DNA of 64,000 nt, taken from Octopus sinensis (taxonomy: Eukaryota). Below, one piece after another: positions 51,969 to 64,000 of this stretch. Position 1 is the stretch's first letter. Each line of letters starts with the position of its first letter. Where the stretch lies: contig NC_043012.1 of the NCBI RefSeq assembly GCF_006345805.1, positions 47,244,001 through 47,308,000 of the forward strand. Reading direction: 5' to 3'. Below the pieces are notes generated by a model. It was not told the origin of the DNA and searched no databases. It saw only the letters and a list, made by a program, of their open reading frames with translations. A program made the translations under genes and the position numbers.

Positions 51969-53958
51969 GATATAACTTACTTTGGTCAACGAAAACAAAT
52001 AAACAAATCATGGTTAGTTGTAACTGACGGCGATGATCACGTACACTCACCCAAGCCTACACACCCAGACACAGACACACACATACATATATCTTTGTAT
52101 GTATGTATGCATGTATGTATGTGTTTATATATATATATGTGTGTGTGTATACACATGTGTACACTTACTGCGTAGATACACAAGAACACATGCATATATG
52201 TAAGTCAGTGTGAATGGTATACAAGGGAAGGAGAAGTAGTGCATACTTTTGTACTTGTGCATACATTTCGTTTACTTGGTGTTGATAATTAACTTTTTGT
52301 TTATTCCAGTAGTCAACTGTTACAAAGAATTGGTTTCAATGCATTCGTTGGATCGGCATCTACAATAAAATGTATTAATACACAACAAAAGTCAAAACTG
52401 GAAACACCTCCATTATTTAATGTGATGAATTGATTCCGGTAAACGTCGTTATATTGCCCGAGGTTCCCAGCCTATTTGAATTACATAATAAATTAAGAAT
52501 GTATGAAAGGGAAATGTACTTCATGAAAACATTTGAGTATAAAATAAGTTAAATGCACTTCAGTCGGATATTTACACAAAGAATACAACATACTTTTTTC
52601 CTTTTTTCCTCCTTGCCGACGGGTCATTTAGTCTTTTGATGAAGACGTTTCAGAAACACGGTGTCTGCCTGTCAATTTTAAACGAAGAAGAGTGATTTGA
52701 ATCCGTCTTACAATTGGACATCGTGAACTTCTACTTAGGTTTAAATTTGATTAAATCCAATGACAAATTTCTTAACTTAATTTAAATAACATGCTTTTTA
52801 ACCGAGTAACATTTTTGTCGTCTTGTGTAATGCTATCAAATACATGTAAGCGAAATATATGTTTTCTGTATAACAAGAAAAAATTTTAGGTGCATAATTT
52901 GAAACAAAAGTAAACGTTTATAAGTTTTCGAGTGAAGTCGAACTCACTTTGCCGTCAAATTGCTTCACTTTGTAATCAAATTGTTGGAACGTTTCTTTTT
53001 CATTTAATATAGAATTTTAAATTAAATTCCATTTCTTGTGCAAGACGACAGGCTAAGACATGTTTATGTATATTTTGCGTCAACTCAAAATCTAACCAAA
53101 TGTATCCACTAAGTATGGAACTGTGGTTTTATAGCTTTGATGCATCTGAGTCACTACGAGACCATAGCGTTTCCAGAAGCAAGATTTCCAACATCCAGCA
53201 CTGCCTGCGCTGTGTTTCCACTTAAAGTGAAGTGAATTGAAAGAAAATAAAATAAATGCGAAAATAATTTGTGAGGAACAAGTGTGTAGAGCTATACTCG
53301 ATTATAAGCGGATCATGGTCCCATAAACTGACGGCTTAATCTGCAGCAGCTTCACACTCACACGTACGGACACACAAAGAAAGATTCACAGCTTTTTCCT
53401 TTAACATCAAAATAAAATCAAGGTAAGTACTAAGATTTTATTTTTGCATATTAATATATTGTGTGTTCTTTTATATTTTAGCTAACAATAAAAATAATGT
53501 CGTGTGGTATAAGATCTCGTTTACCTCTCAGGAAATAGAATATTGAGATTACATAGAGTTTAACGATTAATATGCTTTGAAAGCATTACCCGTTTCTCCA
53601 CCTTTGAGTAATATTCGAAGCATATGATGTATGCGTTTTCAAAATTGCTTACTTTGTTAAAGTCTATAAACCTGGCATTCAATTGAATCTATAAATTTCA
53701 GATTTTCTATCGAGGCGCTTATATTCCTTTATTTTGTCCGAGAGTACAGAAGAAATGGCCAAAGTATTTTCGACATATTTTGTTTAATACCACATATAAA
53801 CGTGTCTTCAGTCAGTACGGTGAATATCACAGATCAGTTGATTTTCAGAGTAGGTGTTTGGTTTGGTACAGATATAGATCATACCGCAAATGATCGATTG
53901 TGTTTGTTAAATATGTATGAGATTGAATGCGTATGTGTTGCCTTTTAAAAATACGTAA

Positions 53959-54321
53959 TCTCTCTATATATAAACGGCAAAATGTCTGCGTGCGTGTCCT
54001 ATATACAAGTCCACAATTTTTCAGTTAGAGGGCTCGTACTTTCTAAGGTCATTCAAAACCGTCCAAGGGTGGTCCTGCACATCTTTACATTTCCCCAGTC
54101 ACCCCGCAAAGCCATTAAAAATCAATAGAAGTGACTTTTTTGTGAATTTTCTATCCAAAACCCAATCAAAATGCCTGAAACATGATACGCCAATTGAATG
54201 CTAGCTAGCTGTATGTGATTGGTCGGAGATTTGGACAGTACTCGCGTGTATGTGCGCACGCACGCAGCTGTATATGCATGCACTAGCACTATGACCCGGT
54301 GTTGCCGGGCCATAGTGCTAG
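53959..54321 (+). mobile_element. Non-autonomous Helitron (~363 bp)
   Basis: 5' A|TCtctctatatataaa; 3' GC-rich hairpin cccgg-tgttg-ccggg shortly before a terminal CTAG; no TSD; the 3' flank base is C rather than the expected T. Confidence 0.72.
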
Positions 54322-56823
54322 CATATTATTAAAGTTTCAGCAACATAGATTACTTTCTTGCATATATTTTATGACCGACTGTGATTTACAAAAGATAAGA
54401 TGCATTTGGTGATAGCTTTCATTACTTGTGTCTTGTAATGATGTAACTTAATAACGGGGAATATATTAGCTTTCTATAGACCAATTATATTGCATGGTAG
54501 ATGACGGTATAATTTCAATATTTTGAAGTAGATGGTGGAATGGGATATTTTCGTATATTCCGCTCAAGCAATGTAGAATGTTTGTCGGAGACTGTACTGC
54601 GATTTTGGAGGCAAGTATGAATTTGAAGTTTTAATAAACAGATCACCACACATGTTAAATTTCTATCTTCCGTATATTAGTATATATATATGTTGGTATC
54701 ATTTTCGAAATTTCACGAGTGAAACGTATTTATTGCTGAAGGAAGATCGTATTTATGGTAATTAATGAGTCAGTGAAGCTATTTACAAAAAATAAAAAAA
54801 ATCGATAATTCAAATCATACGAGTAGATGGGAACTTAAAACCACTACTGGTATTTATAACCTAAACGGAAACTAAGTTATTAGTAGGCATTTTGCATTGA
54901 AAACCTTGCATTAAGAAGAAGCTAAATCTAAAACTTTTCCTTCAGATTATTCAATGATACATGTGTAAGAACGGGCAATGCCGGTAATGCATTTTCCAGA
55001 TAATACTATTCCTTATACTAAATTCATCCGGGGTAGAATTAAAAGACTTCCAAAATCTTAACAGGACACACACAAAGATCAAGTTTGATATAAGCTGTGT
55101 TGTTATCCAGTTGTAGAACTTTCAACTATTCACCCTGTTGATTCATTGCGATGCTGGATTTTGTAATGAGACTTCATAATAATGAAACATTGCGACTATA
55201 CTTTGACAATTCTACATTACCTTATGCAATCAAAGCATCAAGAAAATAAGAGAATTTAACAAAACCTGAATGCTAATTCATCACAACTCTTCGAACCGAT
55301 TCAGGCGCGGAGGAGTTCCCAAGAACGATAGAACTGAGTGTGAATAACGGAGCGGGCGAAAGTATAATAGTTGAAATTATTAGAGCTTGAAAAACACGAA
55401 AAGCAAATGATCTCTGTAATCGAGAAATAGGCTATGGCCTTTACCAGTTGAAAACGACGAATTCAAAAATGAACATTCCAACACCTGGTACGTTACAGAA
55501 GGAAGCCACCTGTCATTGAAATGATACGAGTATAAAAGAAGGGGACCGGAAATTAAAGTAGAATATTTTATATAATAATATGTCAGCAACGGTCTTCTTG
55601 TACATTCGTAATGAAGCAGTTGTATTATTGTTTTCTTGGCTGACCATTGTTTTTCTATAACTTCCTCGCATATTAACAGATTTCTATATGTATCCTCAGT
55701 GATACGATCGGTTTTGACTGTTAAAATCATGCCTCATAGCAGATATCCGTATACTGGCTTTCTAAAGTAATATACATAGTTAAAACCCGAATAGAAGCAC
55801 ATTTGCTAGGATACAACAACTGAATAAGCAGACCGAATGCAGATATAAGCAGCATATGGGAATCTGTATTAAGGAAGGACAGAAAAATATTAGATTTATA
55901 AGCCCTAAAATTCATTCCATAATTATAACCTGTAAAAATACGCAATAGCCTAAAGTGAAAACTAAGAAAGATTGAAAGAGAAAATGTAAATGTTTTGATT
56001 AAAATAGGTATTGCTCGCTTTATTTGTACTGCTGACAGTGTGCGACGGCTTAACGTTGCTGCTATTAGGCTGATCTTATGCATGGAAATATGCTAGCATG
56101 AAAAGTCATATTCTTGAGATTATAAACCTGGAAAAGTAGAGGAAATGTTATTAATGGTAGGGATTATTACCATGTTGTTTGTTGCACCATGGCTCACCAA
56201 AAGTTACAGAGAATAAGACACCAAAACCATCAGTTGCCATGCTCAACTTAAGTAACCTAATTTTGCAATATTAGGAGGTTACAGCAATTCATTCAACGAA
56301 AACAAAAAAATCCAAAGATTCCGGGATTTGCGGGTTGGGGTGGGTGGGGAATCCCCACCTCATTTTTTCCGAATTAAAATAAGGGATTTGCAGCATATTA
56401 GGAGGTCAAGGTACTTGATTCCACAAAAAAAAATCAGTTTTTTTTCTAAGCGAAAATCTTGCGGGCGTTAATATAGAAATTGACCATAATGTTATTTAGC
56501 CTCAAATCAGCCCTGATACTGCAAACGTATCATCAAAGATATTCCAGCTTTCAGCAAACCGTCTTTTTAGGGATAATCTAGGATATTACATACAATGGTC
56601 GTGCGATTTAGGTAGGGGGATACTTTGGCAGATAATTTTAGCGTGTCGAGCGACCAGGTAGGGGTTCTTTCATTGGTTCGATTGCATAATGAGATCCTTT
56701 TACATATATATGTAATATGTAATATGTATATATATCATACTAAGTCAAAAGCTGAGAGTTTTGTGTATTGGCACTTATCAAACATGAATTTGTCCATTGT
56801 CATTCTGTAACTTCTGATGAAAT

Positions 56824-57185
56824 AACTTCTAAAATACAAAGTGGTGTCAAAAACATTGAGAGTAAAGCCTGTTCTATGTTACACATTCTAACAGTTTCGA
56901 AAGTTTGGAAGTATTTAGTTAAAAACAGGAAATGCAAAGTATTTAGTTAAAAACAGGAAATGCAAAGTCGACTTTGGCGGAATTTGAACTCAGAACGTAA
57001 AGACAGATGAAATACCACTTCTAAAATACGAAATTTTGTCAAAAACGTTAAGAATAAACCCTATTCCAAGCGACACATTCTACCAGCATCGGAAGTTTGA
57101 AAGTGTTTAGTTAAAAAAAAATTAATCAACTAGTCTGTACTCAAAACTTAACGACAAACGAAGTACCGTTAAGCATTTCGCCGCC
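56824..57185. repeat. Diverged tandem duplication of a ~190-bp unit (100-bp unknown sequence + SINE A fragment), with a nested perfect 28-bp tandem repeat (56911-56966)
   Basis: acttctaaaatac...gtcaaaaac...acacattcta...aagtttg.aagt.tttagttaaaaa at ~56824-56926 and ~57018-57118. Confidence 0.75.
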
Positions 57186-59559
57186 TTAGAATGCAGCCAT
57201 TCCTTTTAGAAATATATTCTTTATTTCTATTGCTTAAGCATTAATTCTTACTTTTTTTAATTATTGACATTAAATTGCGTAACATTTGACCTCATAACTG
57301 TTTTCTACTAATTTTTGTTCAATGCGACTAACGATTCTGAATTGATCAGGCATTTTTCTATCATTTAAGCCTAAGAATTTATATTAATTGAAGATGAATA
57401 TCTGCGTTAAGGCCCACTTGGGGTCTGATGTATTTGATGTAACGTTTTTGCTACTGATTCAAATCTCAAACTATTTATGCCAACGTGTAGCTGAAGAGTT
57501 AGCCTCTTTAAAACTTTTAACAATTTATAATTTAGTTGAGAAGTGAATTAGTGGGGAATCTTGGAAGCTGCTGCGATTGACGAAATGGTCGACGTAAGAA
57601 TATATTCAACCACTGTAGTGCTTGAATGATATCGAGATGCTTTATTATAGTTTAGAAATATAGGAGAGAATATTAGCGGTATATCCCGAACATAGATTCA
57701 TCGTATATTGTGTTGATGGATCTGATGGCTACAACAATCACAATAGTGGACTTTTCATTGCAGTTTCATGCTTGTCACCATCTGAAGAAATAACCCCTCT
57801 TAAATAGATAACTTGGAACAAGAAATTGATGACAATAATATTCAAGGTATGGAGTTAGAGAAACGCTTAAATATCACTACCAGGGATTCGGATGTTGGAT
57901 AAGTATAAAACTACCCACATTCACAAAGCAAGAATTATATTCACCTGGGTGAACGTTTCTACAGGAGAACGAGGAATTCACAAATACTTCTTGGTGACAG
58001 CACAAATTGTTTTTGGTATTTTGTACCACTGAAGTGTATGAAAACACTTATGACAATAAATATATAATTATAATTGTCCCACATAATTTGCCCTTTTGTA
58101 CCACTGCACAACACGAGAGCTAGCTTTTGGCAAATATCTTAAGGCAGAAACTTAGCAGCGAAAAAGTAATAAAAATATCATAGCTGAAAGTATTTGATTG
58201 GGTTGGATTACTTGAAACAGTTGATCCATCATAACAGTTCACGCTACGCAAGGAATCCTAATGTAAAAGCCTGAGGAAAACAAGCCACTTTCCTAAATTA
58301 ATTTTCTTGAAAAAGCGGAGATGAGATTTTGAAGAAAGCTATGAAACGTTGCTATAATGTGTCAAGTTGTATCAAGACAGGATTAAAATAATACAAAAAC
58401 AAAACTGAGATGTCGCTGTGGAATTAGGAATAAATCAGAGAATCTAAGAAGCTTATATATGTTTCACAAATACCTTCAAACACAATTTAAATATATGTAA
58501 AACCATTGATGGCTTTGGTGTACTCATTCCCAAATAGATTAGTCGTATATGAAAAATGTTGCTAATCCCGCAAACATAAAACTGTTATTGTGTGAACCAG
58601 AGGATTGTGAAGTTATTTGTAACTTTATGATAGGAAGAAAACCAGTAACTATATTGCAGCTGGTCCCTTATCTAATGCAAATATGATATCGTTTGAAGGT
58701 TAGCAAATCACAAACAAGGGCAACCTTTTGCTTATAATTGAAATAAACATTATATGCAAACTTATCAGCGATACTAGGGTGAAACCAAATCATCTTTTCT
58801 ATTTGATAATAATATGGATTATAATCTCAAGAAATAGACGTGTGTCAAAAGAGATCGATGATGACATGAAAGAGTATAGTTTCTATGATAATTCAGAGAT
58901 GTCAAAGAATTTAAGAAAGAAATATATATAATTGAAGTGAGAAGACGCATTTTACATCTTGATTCACAAACATCGTATTGTAAACGGAGTTGGCAGACAG
59001 TTTGCTTGCGATGATGTAAAGTGCAGCCACAATCTAATGCATTCAAACGTAACTTAAGTGACGTTATATGCTAAATGTAAAGGTTTGCTTTGTCTAGATT
59101 GATGTTACAATGATATCACCGATGTTTTAAATACTCAAATATAATATTACTGTCAATATCAGATTAATTGAATGGGAGTATATACCAGAGTACATGCCAA
59201 CTCAAGATTCAATTCGTTGATTACCCATATCTGAATGAAGTGCTATCAATTGAATTCCAAGTTCCACAGATTTGTGATAAAATAAATGTAATCATCTAAT
59301 ACACTAATGAAAATTATTCAAGAATTTCGATTTTATATTGATGCACCTGAAAACTTTATAATAGTATATATGTTTCAAATGCTTTATTTAGCTGAAATTA
59401 TATCATTAAGTGCAAGCCAGATTTTAACAATTATTTTCATGTTTTGTTTAGAGTTGCGGATTTTAGGGAGTGTATCACGTTCATCCATACTGGGTTCTTT
59501 AATTTTCAGCCATTCAATCATGATTTGATTTTTTAGCTCATATAGTACTGTTGGGTCAA

Positions 59560-60235
59560 TATTTGTGTGACTTTCTTTATCTATTTGATGTTCATCTGTC
59601 TTAGTGTTTATGATTGGTTCAGGGAGTATTTCACTTTGCCTATCCCTTATACTAACTCTTTCAATCTTACTTCAGTTTTATCAGCCCTGGGCTGGTCTAT
59701 AATTATTTCCTCTATATTATCTTCTCTAGCTGCAACTTCGTTCATTTTATCCGATATTGCTTGTCAAATTGATCAATCTCTACTTCAGTCAGTAAGTTTT
59801 TTTATAATGTTTCTTCTGACGTTAGCAAGTTTTTTACTGTCTATGTTGGGTCTTACTTCAGGGTGTTTCTGTCTCCAGTTTAAGTATGTTTGTAGAGTGT
59901 TAGATTTATATGTGGGGAAATATATGGCATGGTAGAAGGCCTCAAGACCTTCTTTATTATCTTCCTTAGACCATTTTCCTTCTTTTTCTTTTGATTATTT
60001 GGTGACGAGCATGGATGGCCATCTTTTGGAATATTTGGTTCAATTTTCAGGTACTTGGTCTTTTATAATCCGCGCAATGACCAATGCGGTTTATTGTTTG
60101 ATTTGTTGGCCTTGAAGCATGACGAGCTTCCATTTTTACATTAGGAGATGGATGTCAGTTTAGGGTTCTCTACACGTAAGCATTGCTCGTAGCGCAGCTT
60201 CTTAAGGCTAGCAGATCTGTATTCGTCTGTATTTT
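59560..60235 (-). mobile_element. 5' UTR and N-terminal fragment of an R4/Dong-like element
   Basis: Minus strand KWSKEDNK, then EAFYHAIYFPTYKSNTLQTYLNWRQKHPEVRPNIDSKKLANVRRNII, similar to the N-terminus at ~6950-7100. Confidence 0.65.
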
Positions 60236-61194
60236 CTTTGCTGATAGTTTTATCTCCGAACATTTTTTCCCCATTCTCTTCCTTTTTTCCTCTCTCTTTC
60301 TCTCCATCTCCTTCTTCCCCTTTTTCCTTCCTTCTTTTCCCTTCCTCTTTTAAACTTATAAAAGACTCACTCTGCCTGTATTAGTTCGAAATAATGAGAA
60401 TAAAATATGGAGAAAGAAAAGAAAAAAAAAGGGATCTGTCAGTTATTATTGTTATTACTATTACCATCGCCACCATCACCATCATCATCATCATCAACGT
60501 CACCATCATCATTATCAATGATATTGTTTTATGTGTAGGCACAGCCACCATCATCAACACTACTGCCTTTGTGTGGGGGAATAATTGGTTAAAGAGGTCA
60601 TGTTCTATGGGTCTATAAATAGATTCAGCAGATGGTGGAGATAAAGGACATTAATGGTCAGTAAAAGGTCAAACCTGTTTACATTTTGTTTTTCTTTCTC
60701 TTTTCTTCCTTTCCACATACATATGTATATGTATATGTATACTCGCACACACATATTATCTGATGTTCACGTCGATGATTTTTTAAATTTCTGAATTCAA
60801 TGTTATGTATATATCTTTTTAATTTCTGAATTCAGTTGTATGTATATATTAGTAGGTGCTTACTTCCATAATTTTTTATCGTGCATTTAATTGTGTTGTT
60901 ACAATAAAAGGCAATTTTACACATTCTTAGAGTCATGAGAGAGGACTAAATGTTCACACAAAATTGGAGATATTTATGTTTCTAACTTTTCTTGTTAGGT
61001 GTGCGTTTGTATGAGCTGTATATATATAAGTTCCTTAACTTATTTTGAGGGAAATTCAAATTACTCAAAGAAAACAGTAGATCTTCCAGTTTTCTACAGT
61101 TGTTTTTTTTTCCAGTTGTCCTGCTGGGTTAGCTGTTGCCAGTTCAGAGCATCGAAAAAATACGTCCATCCTCTGTCACGTCCAGCTGCCTCTT

Positions 61195-61201
61195 ATTATT
61201 A

Positions 61202-61269
<68 letters not shown>

Positions 61270-61290
61270 AATGAATGAATGAATGAATAC
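61195..61290. repeat. (TTA)n(TGAA)n microsatellite
   Basis: Direct reading. Confidence 0.95.
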
Positions 61291-61476
61291 AAGAAAAGTC
61301 ATGACAACCTAGGGAGAGTAATACACTAGGCGTCATGTATAAAGCTACGATTTGAAAATATTAATAAATAGTATGAACATGAACCTAGTAAATTATTAGA
61401 AAGTCAGAACTACAAGATCTTGTAGCGCTTTAACATTCAGACTGACAGAGTAATAGAAACTAGAAGGCCTGACTAA

Positions 61477-61561
61477 GTAGTAGCATCATCATCATCATTA
61501 TCATCATCATCAGTAGCAGCAGCGGCAGCGGCAGCAGTAGCAGCAGCAGCAGCAGCAGCAT

Positions 61562-61602
<41 letters not shown>
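61477..61602. repeat. (CAT)n(CAG)n(TAG)n compound trinucleotide repeat
   Basis: Direct reading. Confidence 0.95.
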
Positions 61603-61957
61603 AATAAAGCGAATAGGGAGTCCCAGATAATTAACTTTACAGTCCCAAATGATGAAAAAGTTATCACGTGAGGTATAGAAAATGAGAAAATCAGGACCTA
61701 GATGCTGAATTACAGAGATTATGGAAAGTACGGGTAAAATGTATCCCAGTAGTTATATGTGCACTGGGAATTATTCCTAAAGATCTAAACAGATGGATAG
61801 AGGAAATAGGCATAAAACCCAGTTTAGTACAGCTCCAGAAATAGTTTTGTTATGGACAGCTAATATTCTTAGAAGGATTATTGGCATCTAAGGCTACTTG
61901 TAGCCCGATGGTAGGATTTTATCCTTTTTCCAGTAGTCTAATCTGTTGTGTGTATAT
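61603..61957 (+). mobile_element. 5'-truncated R4/Dong-like RLE fragment with (AAT)n tail (61958-62027)
   Basis: QIINFTVPND, ELQRLWKVRVKCIPVVICALGIIPKDLNRWIEEIGIKPSLVQLQK, YGTANILRRII. Confidence 0.8.
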
Positions 61958-61958
61958 G

Positions 61959-62007
<49 letters not shown>

Positions 62008-62021
62008 TAATAATAATAATA

Positions 62022-62692
62022 ATAATACTGGACTAAACTAAATGCAAAAGAAATAGACAAAGAAAAATCCCAGTAAGGTTGAGAAGTTCAGGACTCAATG
62101 CAGAGACAGAGGGATTTTTAATTGCAGCACAAGACCAAATCCTCCCCACCAGAAACTACCAAAAACATGTAATGCAAAGAAATATAACAAGTAACTGAAG
62201 AATATGTGGAGATGGACAAAAAACAATAAATCATATTATCTCCAGCTTCCCAGTCCTGGCTAAGAAGGAATATATTCACAGACATGACACAGTTGGAACC
62301 TACATAGATTGGAAGCTATGCCAACATTATGGAATAACAACAAAAAAGATGGTATAGGCACACACCAGAAGAGGTCACAGAAAACGAGAAAGCAACCATA
62401 CTCTGGGATATGCCGATACACACAGGTAGAGAAACTAAGGCCAACAGGCCAGATATAGTTGTCAGAGATCGTGAAGAAAAAAAAATGCTTTCTAATTGAT
62501 GTATCAATACCGGCAGATGACAACGTGTCTCTAAAAGAAATGGAGAAACTCTCAAAATACAAAGACCTGGAAATAGAGGTAACCAGAATGTGGAATCTAA
62601 AAACAGAAACAATTCCTATCATAGTAGGTGCATTAGGCATGATAAAAAAATATTCAGACAAATACATAACAAAAACACCAGGACTTACAAAC
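62022..62692 (+). mobile_element. R4/Dong-like family Y fragment, truncated at both ends
   Basis: Colinear with 3962-5088 but lacking the SINE dimer; ORF 62459-62698 is the RLE domain. Confidence 0.9.
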
Positions 62693-63937
62693 TCCTAGGG
62701 CAAAGAAACTCATATTATACATTGGTAGGCAATTAAACTAAACTCACTAGTTCGTTCATTTTTTGGGGGGATAGAAATAAAGTTAAATTAAATTACATGG
62801 GTAGTAATAGTTCTCACATCGAAAATGCTCTTCTCAATACGTGTGATGTACCAGTTAAGACAATCTTTTGCACTTCTTGCAGGGATGGTAAGCCAGTGAT
62901 CATTCTCATATAATTTTCGGTTCCTTTCTTGATCATTCCTAGTGCTCCTACGATCACTGGTATTGTAACCGCCTTGAGATGCCACATTTTCTCAATTTCA
63001 ATGAGTAGGTCTTTATATTTTCTGAGCTTGTCAAACTCTTTCGCTGAGATATTATGATCGCAGGCGATGCTCATGTCGATCAATAAGCAAACTTTATTGT
63101 TTTGGTCTTTCACAACAATATCTGGTTTATTGGCCTTGATGGTTCGGCCTGTATGTACTGGGAAGTCTCACAGAATGGTTACATTTTCTCCTTCAGTTAC
63201 AGCCTCAGGTTGGTTATTATACAACTTGTCGGCAGTTTTGATATTGTAATGCCGACTTATGAGCCAGTGGAGATATTGGCCAAGTCTGTCATGTCTTAAT
63301 TTATACTCCACTGGTGCTAAGACTTTACATCCAGAGATTAGGTGGTCCACTGTTTCAATCATGTCGTAGCAGAATCTGCATTTTGGGTCTGCTCCATTTT
63401 TCATCACATTGGCATGGTAGTTCCGGGTTAATAGGCTTTGATCTTGAACAGCCAGGATGAAACCTTCGCTCTCTGCTTTTAGCCCTGAGCTCCGTAGCCA
63501 CTGATGGGTTTGCTTCTGGTCAACATCAGCTTGTTTGCTGCGGACCGCATATTTGCCGTGCAGAGGTTTCTCCTCCCACCTATCAGCCAATTGCTCGAGC
63601 GCTTTTTTCGTTGCCATTATTTTCACCTTCTTTGCAACAATAGTTGCCATACTTCCCTTGGGTTGTTCAGTTTGGGTATCCTGCACGAGATCAATAGCAA
63701 ATTTTTTGCTTTCCTTTATGATAGAATGAAGCTTCTTTCGTCTCTCGTGATTTTCCACGAGCTTTAGCATCCAGTCATTCGTTATTTCAAGATATTTGGC
63801 CAGTCGAATTGTGGTTGTTTTGTAAGCTAGTTCAAATTGGATCAGGCCTCGACCTCCTTGGGCTCTGGGAAGGTAAAGGCGACCTACGTCTGCCTTTGGG
63901 TGGTGTATCCTATTACAACTCAGCAGCTTGCGTATTT
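62693..63937 (-). mobile_element. R4/Dong-like family X, 5'-truncated copy, CCHC + RLE largely intact
   Basis: Reverse complement colinear with 865-1998; CRFC-x8-H-x4-C; RLE ORF 62814-63113 differs from 1671-1970 at 7 of 99 aa; 5' junction in (ATT)n 63938-63952. Confidence 0.93.
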
Positions 63938-63952
63938 ATTATTATTATTATT

Positions 63953-64000
63953 GAGTGAGAGAGCAGTTCATGCCATCAAAGTGACACTGGGGTAAAATAT
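63953..64000. repeat. Probable end of another interspersed repeat abutting the (ATT)n tract (runs off the window)
   Basis: Abrupt non-microsatellite sequence gagtgagagagcagttcatgccatcaaagtgacactggggtaaaatat next to the tract; too short to classify. Confidence 0.25.

Overview
This is AT-rich, repeat-saturated eukaryotic genomic DNA. The SINE families and the extreme (TA)n/(AAT)n/(TATC)n density suggest an octopus or other coleoid cephalopod, which is an inference and not database-checked. I found no recognisable intact host gene, rRNA, true tRNA or CRISPR array. Identifiable content is transposon-derived. There are at least 9 fragments of R4/Dong-like non-LTR retrotransposons (RT + CCHC + restriction-like endonuclease), stacked in (AAT)n tracts at both ends of the window, plus an RTE-like LINE remnant. 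Three tRNA-derived SINE families (about 20 copies) are present, as are Tc1/mariner elements of four lineages (an IR/DR DD34E Tc1, DD34D mariners, a DD37D/maT-like remnant, a DD41D/rosa-like mini-element) and a non-autonomous Helitron. Most six-frame ORFs are microsatellite artefacts or TE debris. The most unusual observations are: three (TA)n-anchored fold-back palindromes, one a perfect 198-bp palindrome with no spacer; a SINE dimer bracketed by one TSD; a SINE variant carrying a ~120-bp 3' extension that moved with it; a SINE-in-SINE chimera; recurrent 3' microhomology at SINE insertion sites; and weak chains of phase-compatible micro-exons that may mark unannotated host genes. Boundaries of degenerate elements are approximate, and all alignments and counts were done by eye.
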